Below, piece by piece: positions 39,707 through 53,716 of a DNA stretch of 64,000 nucleotides. The DNA lies in NCBI RefSeq assembly GCF_006345805.1, contig NC_043015.1, positions 1,178,001 to 1,242,000 on the forward strand, read 5' to 3'. The translations under genes and the position numbers were made by a program. A model generated the notes under the pieces. It did not search any database. It saw only the letters and a list, made by a program, of their open reading frames with translations, and was not told the origin of the DNA. This stretch comes from Octopus sinensis. Taxonomy: Eukaryota. Position 1 is the first letter of the stretch. The number at the start of each line of letters is the position of its first letter.

Positions 39707-39838
39707 GATTATTATTATTATTATTATTGTTGTTGTTGTTGTTGTTGTTGTTCTTGTTATTATTATTATTAGTAGTGGTAGTAGCATTAGTATTAGTAGA
39801 AGTAGTAGTAGTAGTAGTAGTAGAGTAGTAGTAGTAGT

Positions 39839-39876
<38 letters not shown>

Positions 39877-39890
39877 TATATTAGTAGTAG
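39645..39890. repeat. (TAT)n/(TGT)n/(TAG)n microsatellites
   Basis: Direct reading. Confidence 0.95.
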
Positions 39891-40351
39891 TTTTTTTTAA
39901 ATGTTTTGCTATATAAATGTGTTGTTTTTCTTATAATACCAGAATCAGATTTTTTGAAGATACTCATTCGAAAAGCACCCTTTATATATTTCTTTGCTTT
40001 TAAATGCAATCTGTTTTATAACCTATGTCTTCATGCGGATGCATCTATTTCTATATGTCTGTTAAAATGGATGTGTGTATGTGTTTGTGCAAGGCTTAAG
40101 GTATTTACACTTTTTTTTACGTGCCTAACACTTCGTATTTGTTCATAAAAAAGAAACACTCGTACCTAGGTGTATTCATATAAACATTTTAAAAGGTTGC
40201 GAACACATCCACCCCACCTCACACACACACAGGGTCACGAAGATTTATAGACACATATACAGTTACACACAGACACGCATGCACACCTATATATGTAAAG
40301 ATATATGCACATATTGACATATACACAGAGGTATATATGTATACATATATA

Positions 40352-40398
<47 letters not shown>

Positions 40399-40486
40399 GT
40401 ATATATATATATGTATGTATATATATATGTATATATATATGTATGTATATATATATGTATATATATAAGTATATGTATTTATATAT

Positions 40487-41065
40487 ATCACAATCAAGGA
40501 ACGGCCATAATAGGCCATTCACCCACTAGAAATAACAGCCAAAGCTTCAACCGCAAAATAACATCAATTCCGTAAACCAGGAGAAAATTAAAAAACATTT
40601 ACCCTGTAATTTCTTATACGATGCACCGTTTCATCTACTGTTTAATGGTAAACTAACCTGATTAAATTAAATCAAGCCAATCTCCATAGGCCCTTAGAAT
40701 CGTCAGTAAGAAATAGCCAAGTCGGAACAGATATTTTCACGAGGCATTTCTGTCCCTGCCTCGGCAATATCTGACCTAAAATTTTCAAATCATCGCACTC
40801 GCGCCAAATTTATCGGCAGCAAATAAATATAAGCCGCCGATTCCATTGCGGAATTAACCAGAAAATTCATAATTAATCAATATAGGGTGGCAAAAAATTT
40901 CGTAGAATTTTTTTGCCACCAGCGGCCTAGTGGGAAAAAATTAAATAGTCATAGACCATTTTTAAGTTCAACATCACAATCAAGGAACGGCCATAATAGG
41001 CCATTCACCCACTAGAAATAACAGCCAAAGCTTCAACCGCAAAATAACATCAATTCCGTAAACCA
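40487..41065 (-). mobile_element. Retrozyme-like element: 486-bp unit with identical 93-bp terminal redundancy and an internal HHR
   Basis: 40487-40579 is identical to 40973-41065. The interior is non-coding and rich in hairpins, with an HHR at 40609-40714. The minus-strand 3' end runs into a (TA)n-rich tract. Confidence 0.75.
40609..40714 (-). ncRNA. Type I hammerhead ribozyme with 8-bp stem I and extended loop II
   Basis: AUUUCUUA-CUGACGA-UUCUA...UAGAU-GAAA-CGG-UGCA-UCGU-A/UAAGAAAU. Stem I 8 perfect bp, stem III 4 bp with palindromic UGCA loop, GUA site at 40619-40617. Stem II is 4 bp with a U-U opposition at 10.1/11.1. Confidence 0.8.
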
Positions 41066-41230
41066 TACGACATTAGACATCGCATCATACATACATACAC
41101 ACGACCAGACCTTTCATACGCACTTATACACACACGCACCCTTATGTTGGGGCGAAGTTATTTGACCCTGTCATCTCCCCTATTTTCGCTCTTGCGTCTC
41201 ACGTTTGATCTCCGACTTCTGGCCAGGATC

Positions 41231-41444
41231 AGATCGCCATGTTGAATCGCTAGCTTCTGCAGGCATTTTTTTTTTCTCTCCTTGTTTCTCTCCGTGTTTC
41301 TTTTCTGTGTATCTTTCTGTTGAAGAGCGTAGGCTCGAAACGTAAAAGACTTGTTTTATTTATATTCCTGAGCCCCATACTAATACAATTGTTTGTTTGT
41401 ACTCCCTACCTTCGTCTTTTGTTTATTTTCATAAAGTTTTCCCG

Positions 41445-41446
<2 letters not shown>
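41231..41446 (+). mobile_element. Family F2 HHR-bearing element, full length
   Basis: Matches 17031-17242 (reverse complement) end to end; followed by (TA)n. Confidence 0.85.
41312..41349 (+). ncRNA. Minimal HHR-like motif with non-canonical U6
   Basis: UCUUU-CUGUUGA-A-GAGC-GUAG-GCUC-GAAA-CGU-A/AAAGA. Stem I 5 bp, stem II 4 bp, ACGU palindrome; only A6 deviates from the core consensus. Confidence 0.6.
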
Positions 41447-41482
<36 letters not shown>

Positions 41483-42464
41483 CATACATACACACACGCA
41501 CAACCACATACGTATACATATATATATTATAATATACACATACGTATACATATATATATATATATATAATAATATATATATATATATTATATATATATAT
41601 TATTTATATTATAGTATAATGTTCTAGTCTTGACCTGTATTATTCCTACAGGTATGATATACTGCCGTTTGCTTCAGTTAGATCTTCCACAATTATACTG
41701 CACAATGTTATCCATGCAATGCTCAGAAATCCCGTATATGTTTGACATATTCGAAATCTTTTTGCAATGCTGAGAAATAGCGAATAATATATTGGCACTC
41801 GCAATTTCTCAATTACAAAAAAGATTATTAAAAATATCTTTGAAATAAAAATGAATATACAAATATGCAACTGCAATTGTTAGTGCCTTATCTTGATACA
41901 TCTTATATTTGTTGTTCATATATTTATTAATCTTGCTCCAAATAAGATTAAATCCAGTTATGTTAGCTGTCATCAATTTTCACTTTGCAACTATGTTCAA
42001 GAAATATTTTCCAATACAATTAAGCAACTTATCTCTCAATGAGATGTAAAAAGAAGAAAAAAAATATATATGCAATCTCTCGAAAATCACTCTTTGTCGT
42101 TACAAAGACTGAATTAAATAATGTTGATAACAATCTAAAACATCGCTTTGTGTCCAACATGTTTAGACGAATGAAATCGTCGAATGCATTAAGACCAGCA
42201 CCTCAAGATTGGTTATATCTTCGTTGTCAGTGATCTCTTCCCGCTTTCTCCACCTGGCTTGGAAAAAAAAGAAAATCAAACAAAAACAAATCTGACAGTG
42301 AAAACGAGAGGGTGTGAAAGGCAAACTGGTGAAAGAGAGACAGCTAGATTGATGGACGGGTAGAGATATCGAACAAAAGTTGGAAAGCGTAAGAGAAAAA
42401 CAAGTTCATAATTAATATAGACTTTATGTCACTTTGTCTCTCTATCTCTCTCCTTCTCCCTATC

Positions 42465-42477
42465 TATCCATCCATCC

Positions 42478-42549
<72 letters not shown>

Positions 42550-42785
42550 CGCTATCTATCACTCTCTTTGTCCTCACTTTTGTCCTATTGTTATGAAAGC
42601 CCTAATAATTACAGACATAAACCTGAACTTGTAATCTGGATGGAGTTACTACAGATTTCTCAATAGTTCAGCGTAGCTATTCACTTTCTCGTTGATATAT
42701 ATATATGTATTTATGTATGTATGTATGTATGTATGTATGTATGTATGTATGTATGTATGTATGTATGTATGTACGTACGTATGTA
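42465..42785. repeat. (ATCT)n and (TATG)n microsatellites
   Basis: Direct reading: 42465-42560 and 42700-42785. Confidence 0.9.
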
Positions 42786-43154
42786 TGTCTATTTATTGGG
42801 ATATCTATTTGTTCTAATGTTTCTGTGTATCTGTAAAACATCAGTGGATAGGTTATAAAATTGTAACAGGTGGTATGTCCAGTGATATCACCTATTATCA
42901 AGTTGAGTTATCAGATATACATCTGTTCACATTACTTGCAGCATTTACAATATTGTTAATTAACTAATTTTAAAGTTCCTCACTCGAGATCTCCGAGAGG
43001 GTCATCCACAGTGCAGTTGGTTGTCCTGCCCTTTATCATAGAAAGCTAATTGAGTTTCTCTCTTTGATGCGGTTAAATGGCCACCAGCCTATCCTGCATG
43101 TCTTTTGTGAGAACATATGCTTAATGGATTAACCACTGGATTAATATTCATAGG

Positions 43155-43570
43155 ATAATAATAATAATGATAACAATGATAATAATAATAATAATAATGA
43201 TGATGATGATGATGACGATGATGATGATGAGGATGATGATGATGATGCTGATGATAATAATAATAATAATGATAATATTATTATTTATTTTTTTCTTTCA
43301 GAATTGATTGCTCTCTCAGATTAATGATTGCTGCAAGTGTTATTATGTAGGTGATGTAGTAACTCTAATGCCTAACTTTTCCTTGGCACTCCTACTTGAT
43401 AAGACAAAGCAAACATGGTGATGAAAAGGATATCAAAATTAAGATATCTTTCTAATAAATATTAATATTTATAATAAATAATATTGCTGATATAATTATA
43501 TGAATATTTTTCATTTGGAAATGATGATGGTGATGATGATGATGATGATGAGGAGGAGGATGAAGAGGGG

Positions 43571-43620
<50 letters not shown>

Positions 43621-43820
43621 CAGCAGCAGCAGCAGTAGCAGACAGCCAATTAGGAGGCGGCGGGGGAGTAAAAAGAAAAAGAAGGCAAAGAAACAGAAAA
43701 AGAAAGATGAAGAAAAAGAAGAAGAAAAACAACAACAACAACAACTACTACTACTACTACTACTACTACACTACAACAACAACAATAACAACAACAAGAA
43801 CAACAACAACAACGAAATAA
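43155..43820. repeat. Cluster of trinucleotide microsatellites
   Basis: (AAT)n, (GAT)n, (AGT)n, (AAC)n, (ACT)n. Confidence 0.9.
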
Positions 43821-44225
43821 ATATTGATAGATACATAATCTATATACGCTGTCAAATTTCTTTTTTAAGCGAACGTAATGTTAGACAGAGTTTGTTTCAT
43901 ATGGAAGAGAAATATCGATGAATAAAATATGATAGGAACTCTCGTCATTAAAACCACGGAACAGTCCTCCGCCGGTCACTAAACCATTTTTTTTTTTTTT
44001 ATCTAATAGCCTTATTTGAAAATACTTGAGTGCTCCAACACATTAGACCCCACCTCTCCAACCATTCAATGTCTTGGGTGGAGACAGGCGATCGTCTGCA
44101 CTGGTTTAGCGCTTCTTTTCATCTTCGGCAATAAACCGACGGCGAATCGAATTTTACACCACAGCACATAATCACTGGCAATCGACCACCCTTCAATCAG
44201 ACGGCAAAAACAGCAACAACAACAG

Positions 44226-44325
44226 NNNNNNNNNNNNNNNNNNNNNNNNNNNNNNNNNNNNNNNNNNNNNNNNNNNNNNNNNNNNNNNNNNNNNNNNNNN
44301 NNNNNNNNNNNNNNNNNNNNNNNNN
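44226..44325. other. Assembly gap (100 N)
   Basis: Exactly 100 N, typical of a placeholder of unknown size. Flanks end and start in caacag-type repeats. Confidence 0.99.
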
Positions 44326-44899
44326 CAACAGATCGACCTACCCTTAAAACAGAATCTGCTCTACTGCTATTTCCATAATATGTGTTTACATTCCTGCGTA
44401 TTCTCACCACACATTAAGAATGGGGATTCCCAACGAGCTTTTATATTCGTAAAAATTCTCCGTTTCCACGAATAGTTTTTTAATAACTGCGAACCCTATA
44501 AAACGCCATGCAGCTGACACGATTTTCAATTCCTCTTCTTGCTGCTTTAAATGCCTCGTCCATTATTTAATGCCAGCAGTGTTTTTCTCAATACAGGACA
44601 GCCTTTTTCATCAACGATGAACATGTGCGCATCCGCCATTACATCTATTATGCATATACTTAGAAATATTCATATACAATCACATACATACTTGCGCGTG
44701 TGCACATGTATGTTTACAAAAATAAATTTACACACATAGACATGCATATATACACGCGCGTGCATACAAAATACATAAACTATATACACTAACACAAAGA
44801 AAGCCCTCGCATGCACACAAAAAGAAACCCCCACAAAAACAGAAACCACTACTCAAAATTGCATGTACACTTTATAATATTGTGCATGTATGTGACTGG

Positions 44900-45295
44900 T
44901 ACGCCGACAGTGATTAGGGCAGCGGTCTCACGGTCGTATGAACGCGGTTTCGATTCCGAAACCGGGCTTTGTGAGTGTTTATTGAGCAAAAACACCCAAG
45001 CACCACGAGGCTCCGGCGGGGTGGGTGGTGGTGAACCCCGCTGTACTCTTTCACCACAACTTTCTTTCACTCTTTCTTCCTACTTCTGCCACAAAGCAGA
45101 GGAACCATGGTGTAACCCACTATGGTGTCGTAAACTTTCAGACCCTAGTCTAGATTGTGAATCCTCTGTACCCCAGGATGGTTCAACTCTCCACCAGTTA
45201 AAAGCCACGGAATGAGGATAACAACGTAGGTTCGCGCCCGTGTAACCACCAGTCTATCGAGTGTGGTGGATGGATCTTCAAGTTGCCACGCACAA
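44900..45295 (+). mobile_element. SINE family D head and centre with a distinct tail
   Basis: gtgattagggcagcggtctcacggtcg...ggtttcgattcc...ttgagcaaaaacacc...ctgtactctttcaccacaac. Tail boundary uncertain. Confidence 0.7.
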
Positions 45296-45364
45296 TTTTA
45301 GTAGCTTAGAGTAGGATCGAATTAGAGCTTATTCTTTGTGGCTAATGGCGTGAGTCCTGATTCG

Positions 45365-45700
45365 AAGAAGAAGAGAGAAGAAGAAGAAGAAGAAGAAGAA
45401 GAAGAAGAAGAAGAAAAAGAAAATAGATGGATGAAGATGAAGAGGAGGAGGAGGAGGAGGAGGAGGCTGAGGAAAAGAAGGAGAAGGAGGAGGAGAAGAA
45501 GGAGAAGAAGAAAAGAAGGAGGAAGAGGAGGAGGTGGAGGTGGAGGAGGGGGAAAGAGGAATATGAAGATGAAGATGAAGGGGAGGAGGAAAAGAAGAAG
45601 GAGGGGGAGGAGAAGAAAACAGAGAAGTGGAAGAAGGAGAAATAGAAGAAGATGGAGGGAAAGAAGAAGAAGAAGAGAAGGAAGAAAGATGAAGGAGACA
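45365..45700. repeat. (GAA)n/(GAG)n purine tract
   Basis: Direct reading. Confidence 0.95.
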
Positions 45701-46267
45701 ATAACAGCAACAACAACACCACCATCATCGTCACAATCCCTACCATCACTACAACCACTAGCACGACCACGGAGATGCTTATCAAAATGGTAAAAACCAC
45801 AAGCAATGTGTTTATTCCTGTGTGTAGAGTCCACGTTTGTCAGATGGTCTCAGTCGGTAATGTATTAGCAGCAATAAGAACACACGAATCATTTAACTCC
45901 TTGTTCATCATCTCTCAGCGATGTTTCTGGAAGGAAGTGGAATTCCTGTCTTAGTTTCCTCTTCTTGAGATTCTTACGGATTTCTTCATGTTTATCACCT
46001 GCTGTGTTCTGTAGGGCATTGAACAACACCGTGGGAGGCAGCGCGGCGAGGGGATTGTGTGAGGGATTATTTGAGTAGTATAGAGTGTGTGTGTGTGTGC
46101 CAGTGGTTGAGTATGTGTGTGTGTATGTGGGTGTGTGCGCGTCTGTGTGTGTACGCGCACGTGTATGTCTAACTATGCATATATATTCGTTTTTGTATGT
46201 ATGAATAACTGTTCATATACATATACAGAAGTATACAGTCATAAGACATATGTATGTGTACGTTATG

Positions 46268-46324
<57 letters not shown>

Positions 46325-46614
46325 TGGCACGCAGACACGCAAAGACTCATCACATATTTATATGTATATGCATAGACGTATATAAACATTCATAGATACA
46401 TACATACAGATTACATACACATAAATATATATACATATTTACATTCATACATACACATACATCGTATATATATATATACACACATACCTACGCACATATA
46501 TATATATATACATTATGTATACATATATGAATGTATATATATATAATATATATATAATATATATATATTATATATATTAAGTGTATGTGTGTGTATGTGT
46601 ATGGTATATATATA

Positions 46615-46655
<41 letters not shown>

Positions 46656-46660
46656 TGTAT

Positions 46661-46746
<86 letters not shown>

Positions 46747-47733
46747 AGTATATATATGGACGGATAAAGCGACGAAAGCAAATAAAACATATAGCAAGGG
46801 AGTGAGGAAAGGATCAAACCTGGTGTTAGATCTATCGGAGGGGGAGAGAGCGACGCGGAGAAGATATTCTGAATGAAGAAGAGAGTGAGAAACAGAATGC
46901 TCAAAAGCGTAATGTCTAGTGACAGAGAAAATGAGAGCCCTGCAAAACTGAGAAAAGGGTACAAAGACGAGAAAAAAGTACGCAGTGAAGAACGAAAAGG
47001 TAGAGAAGGGCTAGAAAGAAGAGGTAGATGCCTGGGTGGTAACCTGAGGGATCAATACAGAGGTAGAGCGAGATGAAAGTGGAGGAGAAAAAGAGAAAAA
47101 TGAAGTGGAGGACAGCGAGAGGGAGATAGAGGAAAGAGAGAGAGAGTGATGTAGGAGTGCCACGCCATGGAGGTAGAGACAAGGATAAAAATACGTCTGA
47201 TAGATTCTAGGAAAGAAATGGCTTTGTAAAGCGTTCATTAGTGTAACGCAGTGAGTGACTACATATCGAGTCTCTCTATGATGGTGACAGCTACACGTAT
47301 AGATGGATAAATGAATACAGAGAGACAGAGGTGAGGCAATCGCGGGTGTGCAAGAAAGACAGAGACAGAGGGAGTGAGTGAGGGACTTAGAGAGATGGAG
47401 AGGAAGAGGTGGGAAGAAGGAGAGATACATAGATATGCAAGAAAATGTATAGAAGTGTGAGTAAGCACTGCGTTCGTGTGCGTGTGTGTATGCACACGTA
47501 CTGTATTTATGTGTGGGCATATGTATGTAATGTATCAAACAATGCATATATATGTATATGTATGTGCATGGATATATATATATATATATATCATATATAT
47601 GGGTATATGTATGTACATATGTATCTATCTGTCTCTTTCTCTCTCCATATATATATATATATATATATCATATATACACACACCACAAACGCACACACAC
47701 ACACCACACCAACACACCACACACACAACACAC

Positions 47734-47765
<32 letters not shown>

Positions 47766-48169
47766 ATATATATATATATATACAGAGAAAGAGGAGAGAC
47801 TGAGAGAGGGAGAGACTGATAGAAATCTCTTAGGATATTTTAAAATGTGTGTGTGTATATATAAATATACATGTGTGTGTGTTTATGCTTGTGGTTTATA
47901 CATATGATAGGAATGAGTGTGTAGTGACGTGATTCAGAGAATAATTGAAGGGAAGAAAGAAAGAGAGAGACAGAACCCTAGAGAGTAAGTTAGTGATGCA
48001 ATCCTTTAGTGAATCACGGACTGACTAACTAAAGGATATGACTGACGGATTGTGAGAGTGAATATGCAGATTAGTGACTAAATTAACATGAGGGAAGGAT
48101 TTCAAAAACGAATGAAAACATGAAAGAAATCACCATAGAAAGAATCTAATTAGAAAACAGAAAACAAAA

Positions 48170-48201
48170 AAATAATAATAATGATAATAATAATAATAAT
48201 G

Positions 48202-48291
<90 letters not shown>

Positions 48292-48310
48292 GTAATAATG
48301 ATAATAATAG
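48170..48310. repeat. (AAT)n microsatellite
   Basis: Direct reading. Confidence 0.97.
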
Positions 48311-50286
48311 CCCCCGTTGATTTCCATCATCAAGAAAGCACTGTGGAAGCCGATCACGTGATGGCATGTTTGTTTATCAGCCGGCAGCCTCGTTCTGGTT
48401 TCCTCTGTTTCAAACCGTCTTCCATTTTGTGTCATTTTTTTCGTTCATATTTGTCAATATGGTTTTGCAGGCAAAACTCATAATTCATTTTATTTTGTTT
48501 ACAGTCTTTTCTTTTTTTCTTACTATATCCTGTGAAATATTACGATGTATCGAAACGTCTTCAGTTTGGCTGGCGTTGATATATTAAATCATATCCGTTG
48601 AGATATAATCCTTGGATTTAAGGCGTTGTGCGTGTATGTGTGTTAAGTAACGTGTATATGGATGCGTAGGTTGTGGTATGAACACAGATACTTTGAAATA
48701 TGTGTGTGAGCGTGTGTGAGCATGCATGTGTGTGTGTGTGTGTGTGTTTGTGTCTACGGTACGTACGTGTGTGTATGTGAAAAGCGAGTCCAATGAATAT
48801 ACTTGTGCATCACTGTTTCCTTCTAAAGTACATCTGATTATAAATGTGTTAGAAGTATATTAATGTTTGCGTAGATATGTGTTTATGTATGGGTATGTTT
48901 TTGTTGGGGTGTGTGTGTGTGTGTGTCTGTGCTTATGTGTCTGAGTTTGCATTTGGTGGCATATGTGTGAGTGTCTATCAAAGTATGTATGTCTACATGA
49001 ATCTGGGGGAGGGGGCAGAGAGTTATGTTCGTAATATGTCTTAAGTCCTCAAAGAGTGTATGACATTCACTAATTTGCATATTTTGAGTATGTGTAGAAT
49101 GAACATCTTTGTGCGTGTGTGTGTAAATACATACGTATTTATATGTACGTAAGAATGTATGTATCTATCTATCCATTTATCTATCTACCTGTCTATGTAT
49201 ATGTATATATATGTATAAATATAGATAGATAGATAGATGATAGATAGATAGATAGGTAGGTAGGTAGATAGAGATAGAGATAGAGAGATAAATAGATAGA
49301 TACATGTGTGTGTGCGTGTTTATATATCATATATATAAACATATATATATACATATTTATATAATATATATATATATATATATAATATATATATATTATA
49401 TATATATAATATATATTATATATATACGTAGTATGTTTAGTCCATGTTGTCTCTCAATGTATAATAGTGATTTTGGTATGAATGAGATTATTACTAGTGG
49501 GTTGTTTTTACTCCTAATATAGATATTGCTTATTAGAGTGCATGTATATGTTCGATACCTGATTTTATTGATTTTTATATTATTGAATGAAACGAGAGAA
49601 ACACTCTTGGAAGCGAACGATGTACACATCTTACGCTACTGACAGAAGAACCTTTCATTGATGCATCAAACATGGAGGGAGACATCATTATCCATCTCGT
49701 CTTTATCTTCCACCTCGTCGGTTTTGTCTTTATCTGCTGCTCCCTCCTCATCATTATTGTCATCGACATCATGGTTCGGATTATGACCGTCAATGCTAAA
49801 TTATTCCATCTCGTTTCATTGATAAATATCGTCTGACCATTTACACCTCTCTTGCAAGTTCTCATCAAACGTTCCAATTGCGGGTGTACCCTCATTGGAT
49901 TATTCAATCTGCTAGACATAGTAAACACATATTTCTCTCACTATATTGGAGTTCTGAAGCTCTTAAAACAATATAAATGTATTTTGTGCATAACATAATT
50001 CTATATACGATATCTAATCTGATTGATCCGATATCATATAAATTTCCAGAATTTTCAAAGATTTAAAAGTTTTACGCCGTACCACAACATCTACGTCTTC
50101 ACACGATATAAGCTGTTCAAAAAGATAACACTTAGAAAGAGAGGCTGAGACTTTTTAAAAAATGATAAATTTGAACCGTGCTTCATAGAGCTTTTTGACC
50201 AACGTGGTTTAAATCAGAGATCCACTTATAAATACGCGCATGCATACATAAATGCAACACACATACAAATATGCATATACATACAT

Positions 50287-50322
<36 letters not shown>

Positions 50323-50447
50323 GGAGAGAGAGAGAGTTGTGCATATGTATGAGTGTATATAATTGTTTATGTTTGTATATGTGTACATATATTGTATATA
50401 TGTATATATATTTATATATATATATATATATCTATATATATATATAG

Positions 50448-50497
<50 letters not shown>

Positions 50498-51254
50498 TGT
50501 GTGTGGATGTTTATGTATATATGTATATATAAGCATGTATGTAAGTGTGCATATCAATACAATCACACGAATATAAGTTTATATCCATCAGACACAAAAT
50601 AATTTATAAATAAAAAGCATCTCACGTAGACTTAAAATGGACAAGAAATACACACGTTGCAGTACATCAGTATAAAGAAACAAAAATGCAACACACAAAC
50701 ACATGATATAGTTGAGTGCTCTCATTCGTGTACTATACGTTTACACGTAAATTTTTCTCTGACTCTTTCGTTATGTGTCTATACACACACACAATTATAT
50801 ATATATATATATATATATATACATACATACAAACATACGTATATTTGTGTATATATATAAATGAGACTATCTTGGGTATCTATCTATATTGCTGTCTCTT
50901 TATGAGCGTGTCTGTTTGCATGAAATAAAAAAACAAATATACACTTACTTTAACATATTCTTAGATGTCTAAGCAGGTTAAACCCACACCTACAGACCAA
51001 AGTCACCGTCCTGGAATCACGTAGAACATAATATACAACACAAACGACCATTTTATGCTGTCTTCTCTCTTTAATGTGTCTTATACATCAAAACGTAGAT
51101 AACAACAACAACAAAAAAACAGAACTATTAATCAAAGGAACGAGACTAAAGAATAAGACAAATGAGAAGGAAAGAAAGAAAACGAAATGATAATAGTACT
51201 AATGCCAAGAAAATAGAAAAAGAAGAGCAATCGTAACAAAAACGAAGACTTATT

Positions 51255-51294
<40 letters not shown>

Positions 51295-51901
51295 TGATGA
51301 TGATCACGATGATGATGATCATGGCAAAAAAATAATAATAATAATAACAACAAAAACGACAATAATAATAATGTTAATAATAATAATAACATTAATAGTA
51401 ATGAATGCGGCGATGATGATGATGGTGAAGTTCATGATCATTATTTAGATTACAATGATGTCTAAGACGATGATGATGATGATGATGATGATGATCATCA
51501 TCATCATCATCCTCATCATCATCATCATCGTGCTGGTGGCGGTGGTGACACGGTCTGAGAAGAATGAGGAGGAGAAAGGAAGGCATTATTGTGGAGATAA
51601 GACAAAACAAGGATTTCAAAAGCGCACCTGGGATAGGTGTAGTTTGCTTTTCCTCTTCCGAATATCCATAGAAGGACACTCACTCAATCACTCACACACA
51701 CTCTCACTCTCTCAATCACTCACTCATTCACTCACTCATTAAGTCACACTTTCTCTTAATCGCTCGCTCGCTCACTCTCTCACATTTATATACATATACA
51801 CAGTGTAGCACTTATAGTGTACACGCTTTTGCCCTCAATAAAGAAACGACATTGTGTATATACGTTTATGCATACATACGTACATACATTCATATATGTC
51901 C

Positions 51902-51934
<33 letters not shown>

Positions 51935-52084
51935 GTGTGTGTGTGTGTGTATGTGTGTATGCGTGTGCATATATATATATATGTATATACATAGATACAC
52001 ACACACACACACATACACACACACATAAATATATAATATATAATCTACATACATATCGTCATTAGACACCAACACACATACACA

Positions 52085-52330
52085 CAAATAAATAGGTATC
52101 TATCTATCTATCTATCTCTATATATAATTATGTATGTATATGCATATATATATACACACATACACACAATAAATATATATATATGCATACACACACACAC
52201 ACAATATATATACGTATATATATGTGTGTATATATACGTATACATATATATATAATACACATATATATACATATATATATGTATATATATACATAATATA
52301 TATATATATATACACATATATATACATATA

Positions 52331-52361
<31 letters not shown>

Positions 52362-52367
52362 TATATA

Positions 52368-52415
<48 letters not shown>
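52085..52415. repeat. Compound (TA)n/(CA)n microsatellite
   Basis: Direct reading. Confidence 0.9.
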
Positions 52416-53111
52416 GTGTCTGTTACTTGTATCAGTCCACTGTGTTCATACAACCCATCTTTAATGTCCTTAATGCTTACTTCAAAAGGATAGATATATC
52501 ATACCTAATAGACATTACCTAATGCATTCTAAGTCTTAACTGTTTGTCACATTTCTTAGGCCTCGTTAATAAATGATTTGATTCCTTATATATCTTTGTT
52601 TACTTATTTACCATGCTTGTTTATATATATATTATATTTTTTGTTTTTGTGCCAATGCTGGCGTAGCTCGTTGCCTTTTGTGAAGGTGTGTGAGTGTATT
52701 AGTTTAGTTTTTTTTTTGCGCGTTTTTTGTTGTTTTTGTGTTACTTAAAGATATATTTTTTTCTCTTTGCCTTTCATGTTCGTTCGGTGTCTTTTTTTAA
52801 CATTATATCCTAGGATTTTTTTTCTTGTTCTTTTTTTTTTTTTGTATGTGTGTTAGTGTCCTGTCGGAACGTGTGTGCGTGCGTAAGAGTAACTAGCGCA
52901 ATAGCTTTGATATATGTCACAAAACGACCTGTAAAGATGTGAGGGATTAGTGTGTACGTAAGTGAAGGTGCGTGGACATACATATGCACACACATGCATA
53001 AATAAACATAAATGCATATGCACTATATAACACATACACCACCATAGTTGCCTGTGTGTATGTGTTTATATATATCTGAGTATAGCATCCACTATAAACA
53101 TACACATAAGG

Positions 53112-53142
<31 letters not shown>

Positions 53143-53171
53143 GTATATATATATATATGTATATATATATG

Positions 53172-53208
<37 letters not shown>

Positions 53209-53299
53209 GTATGTATGTATGTATGTATGCATGCATGTATGTATGTATGAATGTATGTATATCTGTCTGTCTCTTTCTCTCTCTCTACTGTATATATAC

Positions 53300-53335
<36 letters not shown>

Positions 53336-53716
53336 ACACACATAAATATATATATATATTATATATATATATATATACATACACTTATATGTATATATAT
53401 TGATATATATATATATATATAGATATATATATATATATATATGTAACACACACACACACACACCCATATATATATATACATGCTTGTCCAACTGTTTACT
53501 TTGTTATACAGGTCACCAGAATAACGCAGGTAAGTTACATACATGCATCGTCCGAAAACAGTTGCATTTCTCTTGCATGAATATGAAAGACGTCCGAACC
53601 ACCAGTGACAAAGTGTTATGAAAAATTTATGGAAAATTAAGAAAATCTAGTTATTGATACACGGGAACCGAATGTTTAAGACTGCGAAACTTTTCACTAC
53701 AAATCTGTTCATATAC

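Noticed and set aside
40487-41065. LTR retrotransposon / TRIM reading of the 93-bp repeats
   Set aside because: No TG...CA termini pair, no tRNA primer-binding site, no polypurine tract and no 4-6 bp TSD seen.
49575-49928. 117-aa ORF and an acidic alternate frame as a host exon
   Set aside because: No recognisable motif, and the acidic frame has internal stops. Could be a decayed element; a BLASTx would be needed.
53490-53705. Possible second mariner 3' remnant
   Set aside because: Only vague similarity to a TIR; no translatable motif.
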